The position numbers were made by a program, and so were the translations under genes. A stretch of DNA of 64,000 nt, taken from an uncultured Haloferula sp. Its GTDB lineage: Bacteria; Verrucomicrobiota; Verrucomicrobiia; Verrucomicrobiales; Akkermansiaceae. The notes under the pieces are model-generated. The model saw nothing but the letters and a program-made list of their open reading frames with translations, was not told the origin of the DNA and did not search any database. Shown one piece after another: positions 18,105-27,902 of this stretch. Numbering within the stretch: the first letter of the stretch is position 1; each line of letters opens with the position of its first letter. Location of the stretch: positions 448,001-512,000 of the forward strand of contig CBFGTS010000001.1 of the NCBI GenBank assembly GCA_965652295.1, given 5' to 3'.

Positions 18105-19169
18105 ATGTCGATCCTCCATCCACCCAAGCAGCGCCTCTGGATCTGGTTTCTCTGGCTGGCGGCGTTCTACGGGACGTGGCTTTTTCTTGTCGCCGTCCAG
18201 GGCTGGTGGGGTGAGGCGAAGGCGCATTGGCCGATGGCGGTGGCGATGACGGCGGGGAGCTACGCGGCGGGCTCGACGCCCATGGGCGGAGGCACGGTGG
18301 GTTTTCCCATCCTGGTGCTGCTCTTCAATCAACCCGCCGAGTTGGGGCGCGACTTCAGTTTCGCGATCCAGTCGATCGGCATGACCAGTGCCTCGATTTT
18401 CATCTTCGCCCGTCGCCAGCCGGTGGCGGGGGCGATGCTCAAGGGCGCGGTGATTGGTGCGACCTTCGGCGTGCCGCTGGGGATTTTCCTGGTGGCTCCG
18501 TGGGTGCCCGCCTTGTGGATCAAGGTGATCTTCGCGGTCGTCTGGGGAAGCTTCGGCATTCTTCACCTGTGGCGGATCCGGGAGATCGCGGGCCACGAAG
18601 GGATGACTGACTTCGATGAGCGTTGGGATATCAAGGTGGGCTTGATCATCGGCCTGTTGTCCGGAGCGACGGTGGTTTCGGTCTCGGGCGTGGGCATCGA
18701 CATGGTGCTCTACACGGTGCTGGTGTTGGTTTGCCGGGCGGATCTGAAGATCTCCATTCCGACCTCGGTGGTGATCATGGCGTACTGCTCGGTGATCGGG
18801 ATCCTGACGAAGATTTTCTTCACCGGAGTCCAGCCGCAGGTCTTTGAAAACTGGCTGGCGGCGGCCCCTGTCGTGGCGCTGGGCGCGCCTCTCGGCGTGT
18901 TCATCGTGGGCCTGATCGGGCGCAAGCCAACGCTCTTGGTCGTCGCCGCGCTTTGCGTCGGGCAGTTGGTGTGGACGCTGGTCCGCGAGCGCACGGCCTT
19001 GGGTGGAGCCGGCATCGCTCTCTCGCTGCTGGCGGTGGGGCTCTGCTTGCTGGGCTTCGAGCGCCTGCGGAGATTCGGCGCGGTGCTGGTCGGGGAGATT
19101 CAGAAAAAGCGGCGGCTGGCCGAGGAACCGAACCGCTGCGAGACTCCGGCGCTGCCGGCGCAGGATTGA
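18105..19169 (+). CDS. Sulfite exporter TauE/SafE family permease
   Basis: AGSTPMGGGTVGFP, FSFAIQSIGMTSA, AAAPVVALGAPLG; multiple TM segments. Confidence 0.8.
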   Translation: MSILHPPKQRLWIWFLWLAAFYGTWLFLVAVQGWWGEAKAHWPMAVAMTAGSYAAGSTPMGGGTVGFPILVLLFNQPAELGRDFSFAIQSIGMTSASIFIFARRQPVAGAMLKGAVIGATFGVPLGIFLVAPWVPALWIKVIFAVVWGSFGILHLWRIREIAGHEGMTDFDERWDIKVGLIIGLLSGATVVSVSGVGIDMVLYTVLVLVCRADLKISIPTSVVIMAYCSVIGILTKIFFTGVQPQVFENWLAAAPVVALGAPLGVFIVGLIGRKPTLLVVAALCVGQLVWTLVRERTALGGAGIALSLLAVGLCLLGFERLRRFGAVLVGEIQKKRRLAEEPNRCETPALPAQD

Positions 19170-19241
19170 CGGGCGGAGGAGGGGATGAACGGAGAGCCGG
19201 GTTTGGATTGCCGGCGGCCGGACGCTGGCTAAGTTCCGCGC

Positions 19242-20363
19242 ATGCCCATCGCCGAATTCGCCAACGCCTTCGTGTGCGACCTGCACGCCTACGAGCCGGG
19301 CAAGCCGATCGATGAAACCGCGCGCGAGCTGGGGCTCGATCCGGCTTCGATCATCAAGCTCGCCTCGAACGAGAACCCGCTGGGGCCCTCGCCCAAGGCG
19401 AAGGAGGCGATGCGGGAGGCGATCGACGGCATCCACATCTATCCGGATGGGGGCGGCTACCGGCTGCGCGAGGCGATCGCCCGCCGGCAGGGGTTGGAAA
19501 TCGACAACATCGTACTGGGCAACGGCTCGAACGAGATCATCGAACTCCTATGTCATTCGTTCCTGAACCCACGGGCGGAGTTGATCGCTGCCGAGCACGC
19601 ATTCGTGGTTTACAAACTGATGGCGACGCTCTTCGGAGCGAGATATGTCGAAGTGCCGGACCCGGGATTCGTCCACGATCTGGATGCGATGGCGGAGGCG
19701 ATCACGCCGGACACGCGGCTGGTTTTCATCGCGAACCCGAACAATCCGACCGGGACGATGGTCGATGAGGCGGCGATCGACCGCTTCATGAGCCGCGTAC
19801 CGGAGCAGGTGGTGGTGTGCTTCGACGAGGCGTATTTTGAATTCGTCGAGGATCCGCCGGACACGGTGAAGTATGTGCGGGAGGGCCGGAATGTCTGCGT
19901 GCTGCGGACCTGCTCGAAGATCCACGGTCTGGCGGGTCTGCGGATCGGCTACGGTCTCGCCTCGAAGGAGGTGGCGACGATTTTGCAGAAGGCGCGGCAG
20001 CCGTTCAATGCGAACGCCATGGCCCAGGCCGCGGCGCTGGCCGCGCTGGAAGACGACGAGCACATGTTGAAGACGCGGCGGCTCAACGACGAGGGGCTCG
20101 CCTTCTGGCAGGGCGCGTTCGAGGAGCGCGGGCTGAAGTACGTGCCGAGCCTGGCGAACTTCGTGCTGGTGGAGGTGGGCGATGGCGATGCCTTGTTCCG
20201 CGAAATGCTGCACCGCGGGGTGATCGTGCGTGCCATGCGCAGCTACAAGCTGCCGGGCTGGGTGAGGATTTCCACGGGCACCGCGGAGCAGAACCTGCGG
20301 GCCTTGCAGGTCTTTGATGAAGCCCTGCAGGTCGTCCGCTTGGCCGCCGGGATGCCTGCTTGA
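19242..20363 (+). CDS. hisC: Histidinol-phosphate aminotransferase
   Basis: YEPGKP, KLASNENPLG, YPD, GNGSNE, NPNNPTG, DEAYFEF, RTCSKIHGLAGLRIGY. Confidence 0.95.
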   Translation: MPIAEFANAFVCDLHAYEPGKPIDETARELGLDPASIIKLASNENPLGPSPKAKEAMREAIDGIHIYPDGGGYRLREAIARRQGLEIDNIVLGNGSNEIIELLCHSFLNPRAELIAAEHAFVVYKLMATLFGARYVEVPDPGFVHDLDAMAEAITPDTRLVFIANPNNPTGTMVDEAAIDRFMSRVPEQVVVCFDEAYFEFVEDPPDTVKYVREGRNVCVLRTCSKIHGLAGLRIGYGLASKEVATILQKARQPFNANAMAQAAALAALEDDEHMLKTRRLNDEGLAFWQGAFEERGLKYVPSLANFVLVEVGDGDALFREMLHRGVIVRAMRSYKLPGWVRISTGTAEQNLRALQVFDEALQVVRLAAGMPA

Positions 20364-20395
20364 GGTCGGAGCGGGATTCAAACAAGGTAACCACG

Positions 20396-21751
20396 ATGTC
20401 GAACGACTCCATTCCGCCGGGCCAGCGCGAGTTCCGCTGCGAGCACTGCCACGGCAAGATCCTGATTCCGGTGGATTTCCCGCCGACCACGGGTCCGTGC
20501 CCGCATTGTGCGCAGGTGGTCACCTCGCCGCCACCGGAGTCGCCCCTGCCCGTGGCTCCCGCGCCGCCGGTGGAGCCGACTCCGGTTCCGGTCGAGCGAA
20601 CGCCCGCGCCGGTGGAGCCAACACCCGCGCCGGTGGAGCCAACACCCGCCCCGGTGGAACGCCGGATGCCGCCGGTGAATCCGGTCGAGCGGCCGGTGAA
20701 GCCCGAGTCGGTGGCGGGTCCGGAACCCAAAGCCGCGCCGGTCGCGGCACCGGTCGCGGAGCCGACGGCGGATGGGGGCAAACGCAGCATCAGGACTGCG
20801 GTGGTGATCGTGCTGACCTTGCTGCTGCTGGGCGGTTGGACGGCGTTTTTCCTGTTGAATCCGGGATCCATGGAGGCTCCGCCGGCGATGAAGGGAAGTC
20901 CGAGCCCCGAGATGCAGGAGGCCTATTATCTGGACAAGGGCTGGGAGGCCGATGCCCGCGAGGTGCTGGCGAATTTCCTGGCGGCGGATACGCCGATGGA
21001 GCGGGCGCGGTACTCGATCCGGGGCGATGAGCTTCTGCCCGAAATGGAGGAGTTTTACGCGGAGCGGTCGATGGACGATTCGGACACGCCAGCGGAGGCA
21101 TTCTCGGTCTACCAGTTGCCGATCGAGGACCGGAAGCGCGGGATTTTCATGCTGGTCTACGATCAGCCGCCGGCCTTCGAGATGAGTGAATTCTTCGTGC
21201 CGGTGGTGCCGCTGGCGGTGCAGTACAAGGTGGAGGAGCCGGATCTGCTGGCGGCGACGCTGGGGCGGGCGGGGAACTTCGCCTCGGAGCCGATCAAGGT
21301 GCAGGCCCTGTTCAAGCGGACGAGCGAGGGGCTGAAGGTGGATTGGGAGGCTTTCGTGCAGTCGAAACACCGGAAGTTCCGCGATTTTCTGGAGCTTCCG
21401 GAATCGGGAAAAACGGAGGTTTTCCGCGTGCTCGTGGTGGAAACGGTGCCGGAGAACCGCGAGGTGCCGGCGGGCCATCGGGTGTATCTGGTGATCGATC
21501 CGGCCTACCGGAACGAGGACATGGCGCGGACCGTGGTGCCGGTGGACTCGGAGATCGGCCGGGCGCTTTCGATCCTCAACTGGCGCGGCACCAATGGCGG
21601 TCGGGCGACCGTGCGGTCGGCGACTCTGGAGTTGGGGTGGTCGGACGAGGCGACTCCCCAGTTGGAAATCGAGCGGTTCATTTGCTGGGAATTCCTGGGC
21701 GTGGGCGGCGAAGCCCTGCCCGGAGGAGGGGCGCGGAATGGTGGAGAATGA
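20396..21751 (+). CDS. Hypothetical membrane protein: zinc ribbon, Pro-rich linker, TM, periplasmic domain
   Basis: CEHC...CPHC, PVEPTPA repeats, one TM segment, KVDWEAFVQ. Confidence 0.75.
   Translation: MSNDSIPPGQREFRCEHCHGKILIPVDFPPTTGPCPHCAQVVTSPPPESPLPVAPAPPVEPTPVPVERTPAPVEPTPAPVEPTPAPVERRMPPVNPVERPVKPESVAGPEPKAAPVAAPVAEPTADGGKRSIRTAVVIVLTLLLLGGWTAFFLLNPGSMEAPPAMKGSPSPEMQEAYYLDKGWEADAREVLANFLAADTPMERARYSIRGDELLPEMEEFYAERSMDDSDTPAEAFSVYQLPIEDRKRGIFMLVYDQPPAFEMSEFFVPVVPLAVQYKVEEPDLLAATLGRAGNFASEPIKVQALFKRTSEGLKVDWEAFVQSKHRKFRDFLELPESGKTEVFRVLVVETVPENREVPAGHRVYLVIDPAYRNEDMARTVVPVDSEIGRALSILNWRGTNGGRATVRSATLELGWSDEATPQLEIERFICWEFLGVGGEALPGGGARNGGE
20567..20659 (+). repeat. Coding 21-nt tandem repeat (about 4.4 copies, PVEPTPA)
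   Basis: Units resembling CCGGTGGAGCCAACACCCGCG at 20567, 20588, 20609, 20630 and a partial copy at 20651. Confidence 0.85.
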
Positions 21752-23075
21752 TACCATTGCCGCGCTGGCCACGCCGGGCGGCACGGGCGCGGTGGCGCTG
21801 ATCCGCGTGTCCGGCCCGCGGGCGTGGGAGCTGGTGGAAACGGCCTGCGGTCGGCCGCTTGACGCGCCCAGGACGGCGGCGTTGAGGTCGGTGCGGGACG
21901 CGGCCGGCCGGGTGCTCGACCAGGTGCTGGTGACTCCTTTCCGCGGACCGGCGAGCTACACCGGCGAGGACGTGGTGGAGGTGGCGACCCATGGCGGCCG
22001 GCTGATCACGCGGCGGGTGCTGGAGCGTCTGTTGGAATGCGGCGCCCGGCCAGCGGGACCGGGCGAATTCACCGAGCGGGCGTTTTTCCACGGCAAGCTG
22101 GATCTGACGCAGGCCGAGGCGGTGATGGATCTGATCTCGGCGCAGAGTGATCTGGCGATCCGGGCGGCGCACGAGCAGCTCGAAGGCCGGTTGGGCCGGC
22201 GGACCGAAGCGCTGCGGCACGAGGTGCTGGGCGTGGTGGCGCAAGTCGAGGCGTGGATCGATTTCCCGGAGGAGGACATCGATCCGGAAACCGGGGCGGC
22301 GCTGGACGCGCACATTGCCGTGGTGGCGGAGGGCATCCGCGGGCTGCTGGCCACGGCGGACCAGGGGCGGATCCTGCGCGAGGGTTTGCGGACGGTGATC
22401 TGCGGGCTGCCGAACGCGGGGAAATCGAGTTTGCTGAACCAATTGCTGGGCGAGGAACGGGCCATCGTCAGCCGGACTGCGGGCACCACCCGGGATACGA
22501 TCGAGGAAGCCTTGGTGGTCGATGGCGTCCCTCTGCGATTGGTGGACACGGCAGGGCTGCGGCAGTCGGGCGACGAGATCGAGGAGGAAGGCATCCGCCG
22601 GACGCGCCGCGAGGCGGGGCGGGCGGACCTTTTGATCGTGGTGGCGGATGCCTCGCTGCCGCCGGCCGAAGCGCTGCCGGACGAGCTGCCGTCGGTGTCG
22701 CGGGTGCTGCATGTTTTGAACAAAACGGACCTCGGCGAGCACGCGGGCTGGCGCGGCCGGGAGGCGGTGCGCGTGTCGTGCGCGGACGGCCGCGGGCTGG
22801 AAGCACTGCGCGGGCGGATCCGCGAGCTGGCGGAGCTGGGTGAGGCGGATTGGGGCGAGCATTCGGTGGCGATCAACGCGCGCCACCGTGGCTGTCTGCG
22901 CACCGCCGGCGACGCGCTGGAGCGGGGCCGGGCGGCACTTTCCGAAGGCATGGCGGCGGAAATGGCGGCGCTGGAGCTGCGGGAAGCGCTGGATGCGCTG
23001 GGCGAAATTGCAGGGCGGGTGGACACGGAAGAGATTCTGGGCGAGATCTTCAGCCGCTTTTGCATCGGGAAATGA
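21738..23075 (+). CDS. mnmE: tRNA modification GTPase MnmE
   Basis: DTIAALAT, SYTGEDVVE, PGEFTERAF..GKLDLTQAEA, GLPNAGKSS, GTTRD, DTAG, NKTD, FSRFCIGK. Confidence 0.97.
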   Translation: MVENDTIAALATPGGTGAVALIRVSGPRAWELVETACGRPLDAPRTAALRSVRDAAGRVLDQVLVTPFRGPASYTGEDVVEVATHGGRLITRRVLERLLECGARPAGPGEFTERAFFHGKLDLTQAEAVMDLISAQSDLAIRAAHEQLEGRLGRRTEALRHEVLGVVAQVEAWIDFPEEDIDPETGAALDAHIAVVAEGIRGLLATADQGRILREGLRTVICGLPNAGKSSLLNQLLGEERAIVSRTAGTTRDTIEEALVVDGVPLRLVDTAGLRQSGDEIEEEGIRRTRREAGRADLLIVVADASLPPAEALPDELPSVSRVLHVLNKTDLGEHAGWRGREAVRVSCADGRGLEALRGRIRELAELGEADWGEHSVAINARHRGCLRTAGDALERGRAALSEGMAAEMAALELREALDALGEIAGRVDTEEILGEIFSRFCIGK

Positions 23076-23794
23076 ACATTGTCGTGCTCACCGGTGCCGG
23101 GATTTCCGCGGAATCGGGCATCCCGGTTTTTCGCGGCACGGACGGGCTGTGGGAAGGACACCGGGTCGAGGACGTGGCCACGCCGGAGGGCTTCAAGCGC
23201 GACCCGCAGCAGGTTCACGAGTTCTACAACGGCCGCCGCGCGAAGCTGCTCGAATGCGCTCCGAACGACGCCCACCGCGCGCTGGCCCGGCTGGCGCAGG
23301 GCTGGCGGCAGGGCAGCTTCACGCTGGTCACCCAGAACATCGATGACCTCCACGAACGGGGCGGTGCGCCGGAGGCGATCCACATGCATGGCGAGCTGCT
23401 GAAGTCCCGTTGCACGTCCTGCGGCGTCGTCAGCGAGTGCCGCGAGGACCTTTCCCGCGCGTCGATCTGCCAGGTCTGCGGATGCATCGACTGCCTGCGG
23501 CCGCACGTGGTGTGGTTCGGTGAAATCCCATTCCACCTCGGACGGATCGAGCGCGAGCTGGACCGCGCGAACCTGTTCGTGGCGATCGGGACCTCGGGCC
23601 GCGTTTATCCCGCGGCGGGCTTCGTCCATGCCGCGCGAGCGGCGGGTGCGCGGACCTTGGAGATCAACCTGGAACCGGGAGGCACCTCGGCGGAATTCGA
23701 TGAACATCGGGCCGGTCCCGCCGGGCTGCTGGTGCCGGCGTGGGTGGACGAACTCCTCTCCAGCGACGCAGGTCCGGGCGGATTCCGCGTTTGA
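23072..23794 (+). CDS. cobB: NAD-dependent protein deacylase (sirtuin)
   Basis: GAGISAESGIP.FR, TQNIDDLHER.G, HMHGEL, two CxxC, LRPHVVWFGE, GTSG.VYPAAG. Confidence 0.93.
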   Translation: MNIVVLTGAGISAESGIPVFRGTDGLWEGHRVEDVATPEGFKRDPQQVHEFYNGRRAKLLECAPNDAHRALARLAQGWRQGSFTLVTQNIDDLHERGGAPEAIHMHGELLKSRCTSCGVVSECREDLSRASICQVCGCIDCLRPHVVWFGEIPFHLGRIERELDRANLFVAIGTSGRVYPAAGFVHAARAAGARTLEINLEPGGTSAEFDEHRAGPAGLLVPAWVDELLSSDAGPGGFRV

Positions 23795-23828
23795 TTTCCG
23801 CCGGATATCTCCAAAGCTTCCGCTACTG

Positions 23829-26507
23829 ATGAAACTCCGCTCCGTGCCGTTGCTGATCCTGGCCTGCGCGTCCGCCCACGCAGCGGACGAGAACCGCGCC
23901 GCGCCGGTGGATACGGCCACGCTGATGGCGGACCTCGACAACGAGTCCTACCCGGTGCGGGTGACCGCGACCCACGAGTTGTGGAGCCGGGGAAAGAAAG
24001 TCCTGCCGCTGCTCGAAAAGGCGGCGGTGGCGGACAGCCCGGAGAGCTCGGCACGGGCACGGGATCTGGTGCGCAAGATCCGGCTGGGCCTCACCCCCGA
24101 AAGCAAGCCGGAGTGGATCGGCTACATCGAGGCCTACGACGCGGCCAGCCCGCGCGAGCGGCGGGAAATCGTCTCCACCCTGAAGCGTGACGAGGCCTAC
24201 ATGCTGCTCCTGCGTCTCTACGAATTCGAGACGGATGAAGCGACCTTGGCGGTGCTGGCACCGGAGATGGAAGGCGTGGCGGTGGCGGCGGCGCGCGAGC
24301 TGCTTTTCAAAGGAGACGTCAAACCGGAGCGCATCCTGGAGGTGCTGGAACTCGGTCGCCCCGAGCCGGCGCAATGGATGGCGCTGGCCGATTTCCACCG
24401 GGTCCACGGGAGCTTGGAAAAGGAACTGAAAGAAGCCCGCGCGGACCGGACCCCGGATGGCTTCCTGTGGCGGGCGTGCCTGCACGCGGCGGCGGGTCGT
24501 CCGCTGGAAGCCGCGCGTGAGGCGGATGCCGGAGGGTTTCCCGATGCGGTGGCGCGCTGGCGGCTGCTCGGCGGCGACCCGGTGCCGTGGATCCTGCGGG
24601 CCGAGGCACCGCAGCACGAGATCGTTCCTGAATCTCTGGAGGCCTATCGCGACGCCGTCCGCGGCCTTTGGGAGGGCCGGCCGGTGCCGAATGCATTGGT
24701 CGATGAGCTGGCGGGCACCGTGTCCGGGGCCATGGATGACGAAAGCTGGCACTCGGTGGCGGTGCTCTACGCGCTGGGGGCGCGGGAGGAGGGAGACGAG
24801 GGTTTTCGGAAAATCTCGCCGACCGCCGCGTTCAACCACTTCGACAGCAGCGAGCGGATCGACGAGGCGCTGCAGCTGCTGGGACTCGATCCCGCCGAGC
24901 CTGACTTCGCCGCCTGGATCCGGCCGCGTTTCGACCGCATGCTGCGGGAGGCCGACGATGCCGAGGTGGCCCGCGAGGAGCTGAAAACCCTCGGTGGCTT
25001 CATGGAGCGGCGCGGTCTCGTCGAAGAAGCGGCGGCCTTGTTCGTTCCGCCACTGCTGGAGATTGCCGCGAAGGACCCCGAGTGGTTCTGCGATCTTTTG
25101 GCGGACTTTTTCCTTTCCGACTCGATCGATCATCAGGACCGACTGACGGAGGCGGTCCTGCAAGCCGGAGCGGCCTTCGCCGGTGGGGATCAGGGACGCC
25201 TCTCGATGGTGCGGGCCTCGCTGTTGGGTGAGGAACTGCTGAGCTCGGAACTCTGGAGCCAACTGGAGCGGGAGCAGGGCGATCGGCCGGCGGTCGACCG
25301 TCTGCGATTGGCGGCGACGCTGCTCGGCAAGCTTTCGGATTCGTCCGGCGAAGCGGATCAATGGTGGGCCGCGCAGCTCGCCGATCAGCCGAAGAAGGGC
25401 GATCGCACCGACGAGCTGCGCTGGGCCCTCCTGCTGCGTCTTGCGGGAGGCGACTCCAATGCGGCGCGGTTTCTGGAAATCGAGGACATCCTCGAGAAGA
25501 CCGGCGTGAGCCTTGATCCCGTCGACGCCCTTCTCGAAGACATCCAGCTGGAGGCGGTCCGGTTGCAGAACCTCGAGCTGGCGGGCCGGTGGAGCGAGGT
25601 GCTGGCGGAATACCGGAAGCATTTCGAGAGCACCCCGCGCTCCGCCCCGCGCCTCGCCGCCATGGCCGCCGTTTCCCGCCTCGCGGGGGATCCGGACGAG
25701 GCCGCGCGGCTGGAGAAACGCATGGAGGCGATCATCCTCGGTGATACCTCACTCATGATCCAGGTATCCCGCGTCTATGCCGGCAAAGGCGACCATGCCC
25801 GCTCCAGGGAGTGGATCCGGAGGGCGGCGATGATGTCCACGAAAAGCGACGAAGTCTTTCTCCTGTGCTGCAACGACGTGGGCAACGAGGCGAAGTACAC
25901 GGAAGACTGGCCATTGGCCGCCTCCCTGGGCGAGGTCATCATGCTTTCGGCCGTGATGCGCGGGGACACCGCTTTTGACGATCCTTCCGTGCTGCTGCGC
26001 GGGCGGGCGTCGATCGAACTGTGCCGCGCGCTCGCGGACATCGAGGCGGGGCGGCGGGACGAAGGCATGGCCTACCTCGAACGCTGGCGCGATGCGGTGT
26101 ACGACGCTCCCGAGATGGCGGATCACTACTTCGCGGCCTTCCGCAAAGCGGGGCTGACCGCGATGCACGACGCGTGGTTCGAAGCGACCTGGAAGCGCCT
26201 CAGTGGAGTGCTGGCGGATTATCCTCGCAGCGCCAATACGCTCAACACCGCCGCCTGGGTGGCCGGCCGCGCGAGCCGGCGGCTGAAGGAAGCCCACGAC
26301 TGCGCCACGCGGGCGCTGGCGATCGAGCCGCACCAATGGAGCTATCTCGACACCATGGCCGAGGTCTGGTTCGCCCGTCGTGACCGCGCGCAGGCGATCG
26401 AGTGGGGGGACCGGGCGCGGAATCACTTCTTCGGCCAGACCGCAAGCCTGACTGAAATGCTGCGGCAGAACCGACGCTTTCACCGGGGTGGGTTTCCGCC
26501 TCCCTGA
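23829..26507 (+). CDS. Secreted helical-repeat (TPR/HEAT-like) hypothetical protein
   Basis: Signal peptide; C-terminal LNTAAWV...ALAIEP...YLDTMAEVWF TPR-like repeats. Confidence 0.7.
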   Translation: MKLRSVPLLILACASAHAADENRAAPVDTATLMADLDNESYPVRVTATHELWSRGKKVLPLLEKAAVADSPESSARARDLVRKIRLGLTPESKPEWIGYIEAYDAASPRERREIVSTLKRDEAYMLLLRLYEFETDEATLAVLAPEMEGVAVAAARELLFKGDVKPERILEVLELGRPEPAQWMALADFHRVHGSLEKELKEARADRTPDGFLWRACLHAAAGRPLEAAREADAGGFPDAVARWRLLGGDPVPWILRAEAPQHEIVPESLEAYRDAVRGLWEGRPVPNALVDELAGTVSGAMDDESWHSVAVLYALGAREEGDEGFRKISPTAAFNHFDSSERIDEALQLLGLDPAEPDFAAWIRPRFDRMLREADDAEVAREELKTLGGFMERRGLVEEAAALFVPPLLEIAAKDPEWFCDLLADFFLSDSIDHQDRLTEAVLQAGAAFAGGDQGRLSMVRASLLGEELLSSELWSQLEREQGDRPAVDRLRLAATLLGKLSDSSGEADQWWAAQLADQPKKGDRTDELRWALLLRLAGGDSNAARFLEIEDILEKTGVSLDPVDALLEDIQLEAVRLQNLELAGRWSEVLAEYRKHFESTPRSAPRLAAMAAVSRLAGDPDEAARLEKRMEAIILGDTSLMIQVSRVYAGKGDHARSREWIRRAAMMSTKSDEVFLLCCNDVGNEAKYTEDWPLAASLGEVIMLSAVMRGDTAFDDPSVLLRGRASIELCRALADIEAGRRDEGMAYLERWRDAVYDAPEMADHYFAAFRKAGLTAMHDAWFEATWKRLSGVLADYPRSANTLNTAAWVAGRASRRLKEAHDCATRALAIEPHQWSYLDTMAEVWFARRDRAQAIEWGDRARNHFFGQTASLTEMLRQNRRFHRGGFPPP

Positions 26508-26556
26508 TTCCGGGCTTGCCCGCCGGGGTCATGCGAGGGCATATCCCGGGCCGAAC

Positions 26557-26644
26557 GGAGGGGTGGCAGAGTGGTCGAATGCGCCGGTCTTGAAAACCGG
26601 AGACGGGAAACTGTCCGTGGGTTCGAATCCCACCCCCTCCGCCA
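26557..26644 (+). tRNA. tRNA-Ser (anticodon TGA)
   Basis: GGAGGGG/CCCCTCC acceptor stem, D-loop GAGTGGTCGAA, anticodon arm CCGGT-CTTGAAA-ACCGG, long variable arm, GTTCGAATC, encoded GCCA end. Confidence 0.97.
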
Positions 26645-26681
26645 CGACCCGACTCCAGCTTGCTGGAGTCGGGTCGTGGCG
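26640..26681. repeat. Perfect 20-bp inverted repeat overlapping the tRNA 3' end
   Basis: CGCCACGACCCGACTCCAGC-TT-GCTGGAGTCGGGTCGTGGCG. Confidence 0.9.
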
Positions 26682-27160
26682 TATGCGGAGGGAGGCAATC
26701 CCTCCCGGAGCGGAGCGCAGGAGGGTTTGAAAACAGGAAGCTGATGTTATCGGCGGCATTCCTCGGCGAGCATAGCGAGCGAAACCGGTTTGGTGTGAGG
26801 AGCGGCTTGTCCGCCGTAGCTCTAAGAGCGAAGGAGGAAGCGTCGCCCTGATTTCTCCCGCTCCGCCGACGACCAGTGAAGCAGAAAGATAGGCCGACAA
26901 AACGCTGGCTTGTCCTGGCATGGCCGAAATCCCTAAGTTGCGACGGCTAACAGCCGCCGCCTTTTTCTTTCCCATGCACTGGACCGAACCCGCCTCCGCC
27001 GAAGACTCGCATTCCGAACTCGAGAAACAGCTCTGGGGCGCGGCGAACCAAATGTGGGCGAATGCCGACCTCAAGCCGTCCGAGTTCTCGCCCGTCGTCC
27101 TCGGCCTAATCTTTCTGCGCTATGCCGATGTCCGCTTCGCTGCCGTGGAGGCGGATATGG

Positions 27161-27185
27161 GTAGGGACGATCGGCCCGATCGTCC
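27161..27185 (+). repeat. GTAG-type REP-like palindrome inside hsdM
   Basis: GTAG + GGACGATCG-GCC-CGATCGTCC (9-bp stem). Confidence 0.65.
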
Positions 27186-27524
27186 GACTTCCCGCCGCAG
27201 ACGCACCATCGGCCCCGCGGACTACCACGCCGCGGGGGTGATCTATTTGCCGAAGAAAGCGCGGTTCGCCTACCTGCTGTCCCTGCCCGAGGGGCTGAAT
27301 GTGGGTCATGAGATCAACGAGGCCATGCGCGCCGTCGAGAAGGAGAACCCGGACCTCGCCGACGTCCTGCCGAAGACCTACCAGATCCTCGAGAACCGCA
27401 CGCTCGCCGAGCTGCTCAAGGTCATGGCCTCCATCCCCATGGACAAGGGCGGCGACACCTTCGGCCTCATCTACGAATACTTCCTCGGCAAGTTCGCCAT
27501 GTCCGAAGGGCAGAAGGGCGGCGA

Positions 27525-27587
27525 ATGGAGCGGAGCGACATGGACGACCATAGGGAGCCCGGAGGGTTGGCGCGGGGGCGCCAATCA
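27525..27587 (+). mobile_element. 63-nt in-frame palindromic insertion 1 in hsdM
   Basis: Removal restores GAA TTC TAC (GEFYTP). AAT lies on both sides; contains GCCCGGAGGGT and a TTGGCGC/GCGCCAA hairpin, ending AATCA. Confidence 0.8.
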
Positions 27588-27686
27588 ATTCTACACGCCC
27601 ACCTCCATCGTCCGCCTCATCGTCGAGATCCTCGAGCCCTACCACGGGCGCATCTACGATCCCGCCTGCGGTTCCGGCGGCATGTT

Positions 27687-27752
27687 TGCCTCCTACCGTC
27701 GGCCATGCGGGATCCGCTTCGCGGGCAGGAGACGCGCAAGCGCGAGGGGCAT
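27687..27752 (-). mobile_element. 66-nt in-frame palindromic insertion 2 in hsdM
   Basis: Removal restores ATG TTT GTC (GGMFVQS). TTG lies on both sides; contains mini-hairpins CCGCTTCGCGG and CGCGCAAGCGCG. Confidence 0.8.
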
Positions 27753-27824
27753 TGTCCAGTCCGCCCGCTTCGTGGAGAACCACCACAAGAACCCGATCTC
27801 GGAAATCTCCTGCCACGGCCAGGA

Positions 27825-27902
27825 CAAATGGGCGTGGGGTGCCCATTTGAGACGTGCGCAGCGCGCCCGCAGGGTGAGGCAGCGGCGGAAGCTGCCGAAT
27901 CA
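27825..27902 (+). mobile_element. 78-nt in-frame palindromic insertion 3 in hsdM
   Basis: Removal restores CAG GAA CGG (GQERV). Contains a CAAATGGGC/GCCCATTTG hairpin, GCCCGCAGGGT and a GGCAGC/GCTGCC hairpin, ending AATCA. Confidence 0.8.

Noticed and set aside
27525..27902. Inteins or group I/II introns as the explanation for the hsdM insertions
   Set aside because: Far too short (21-26 codons), with no Cys/Ser...His-Asn intein ends and no ribozyme core.
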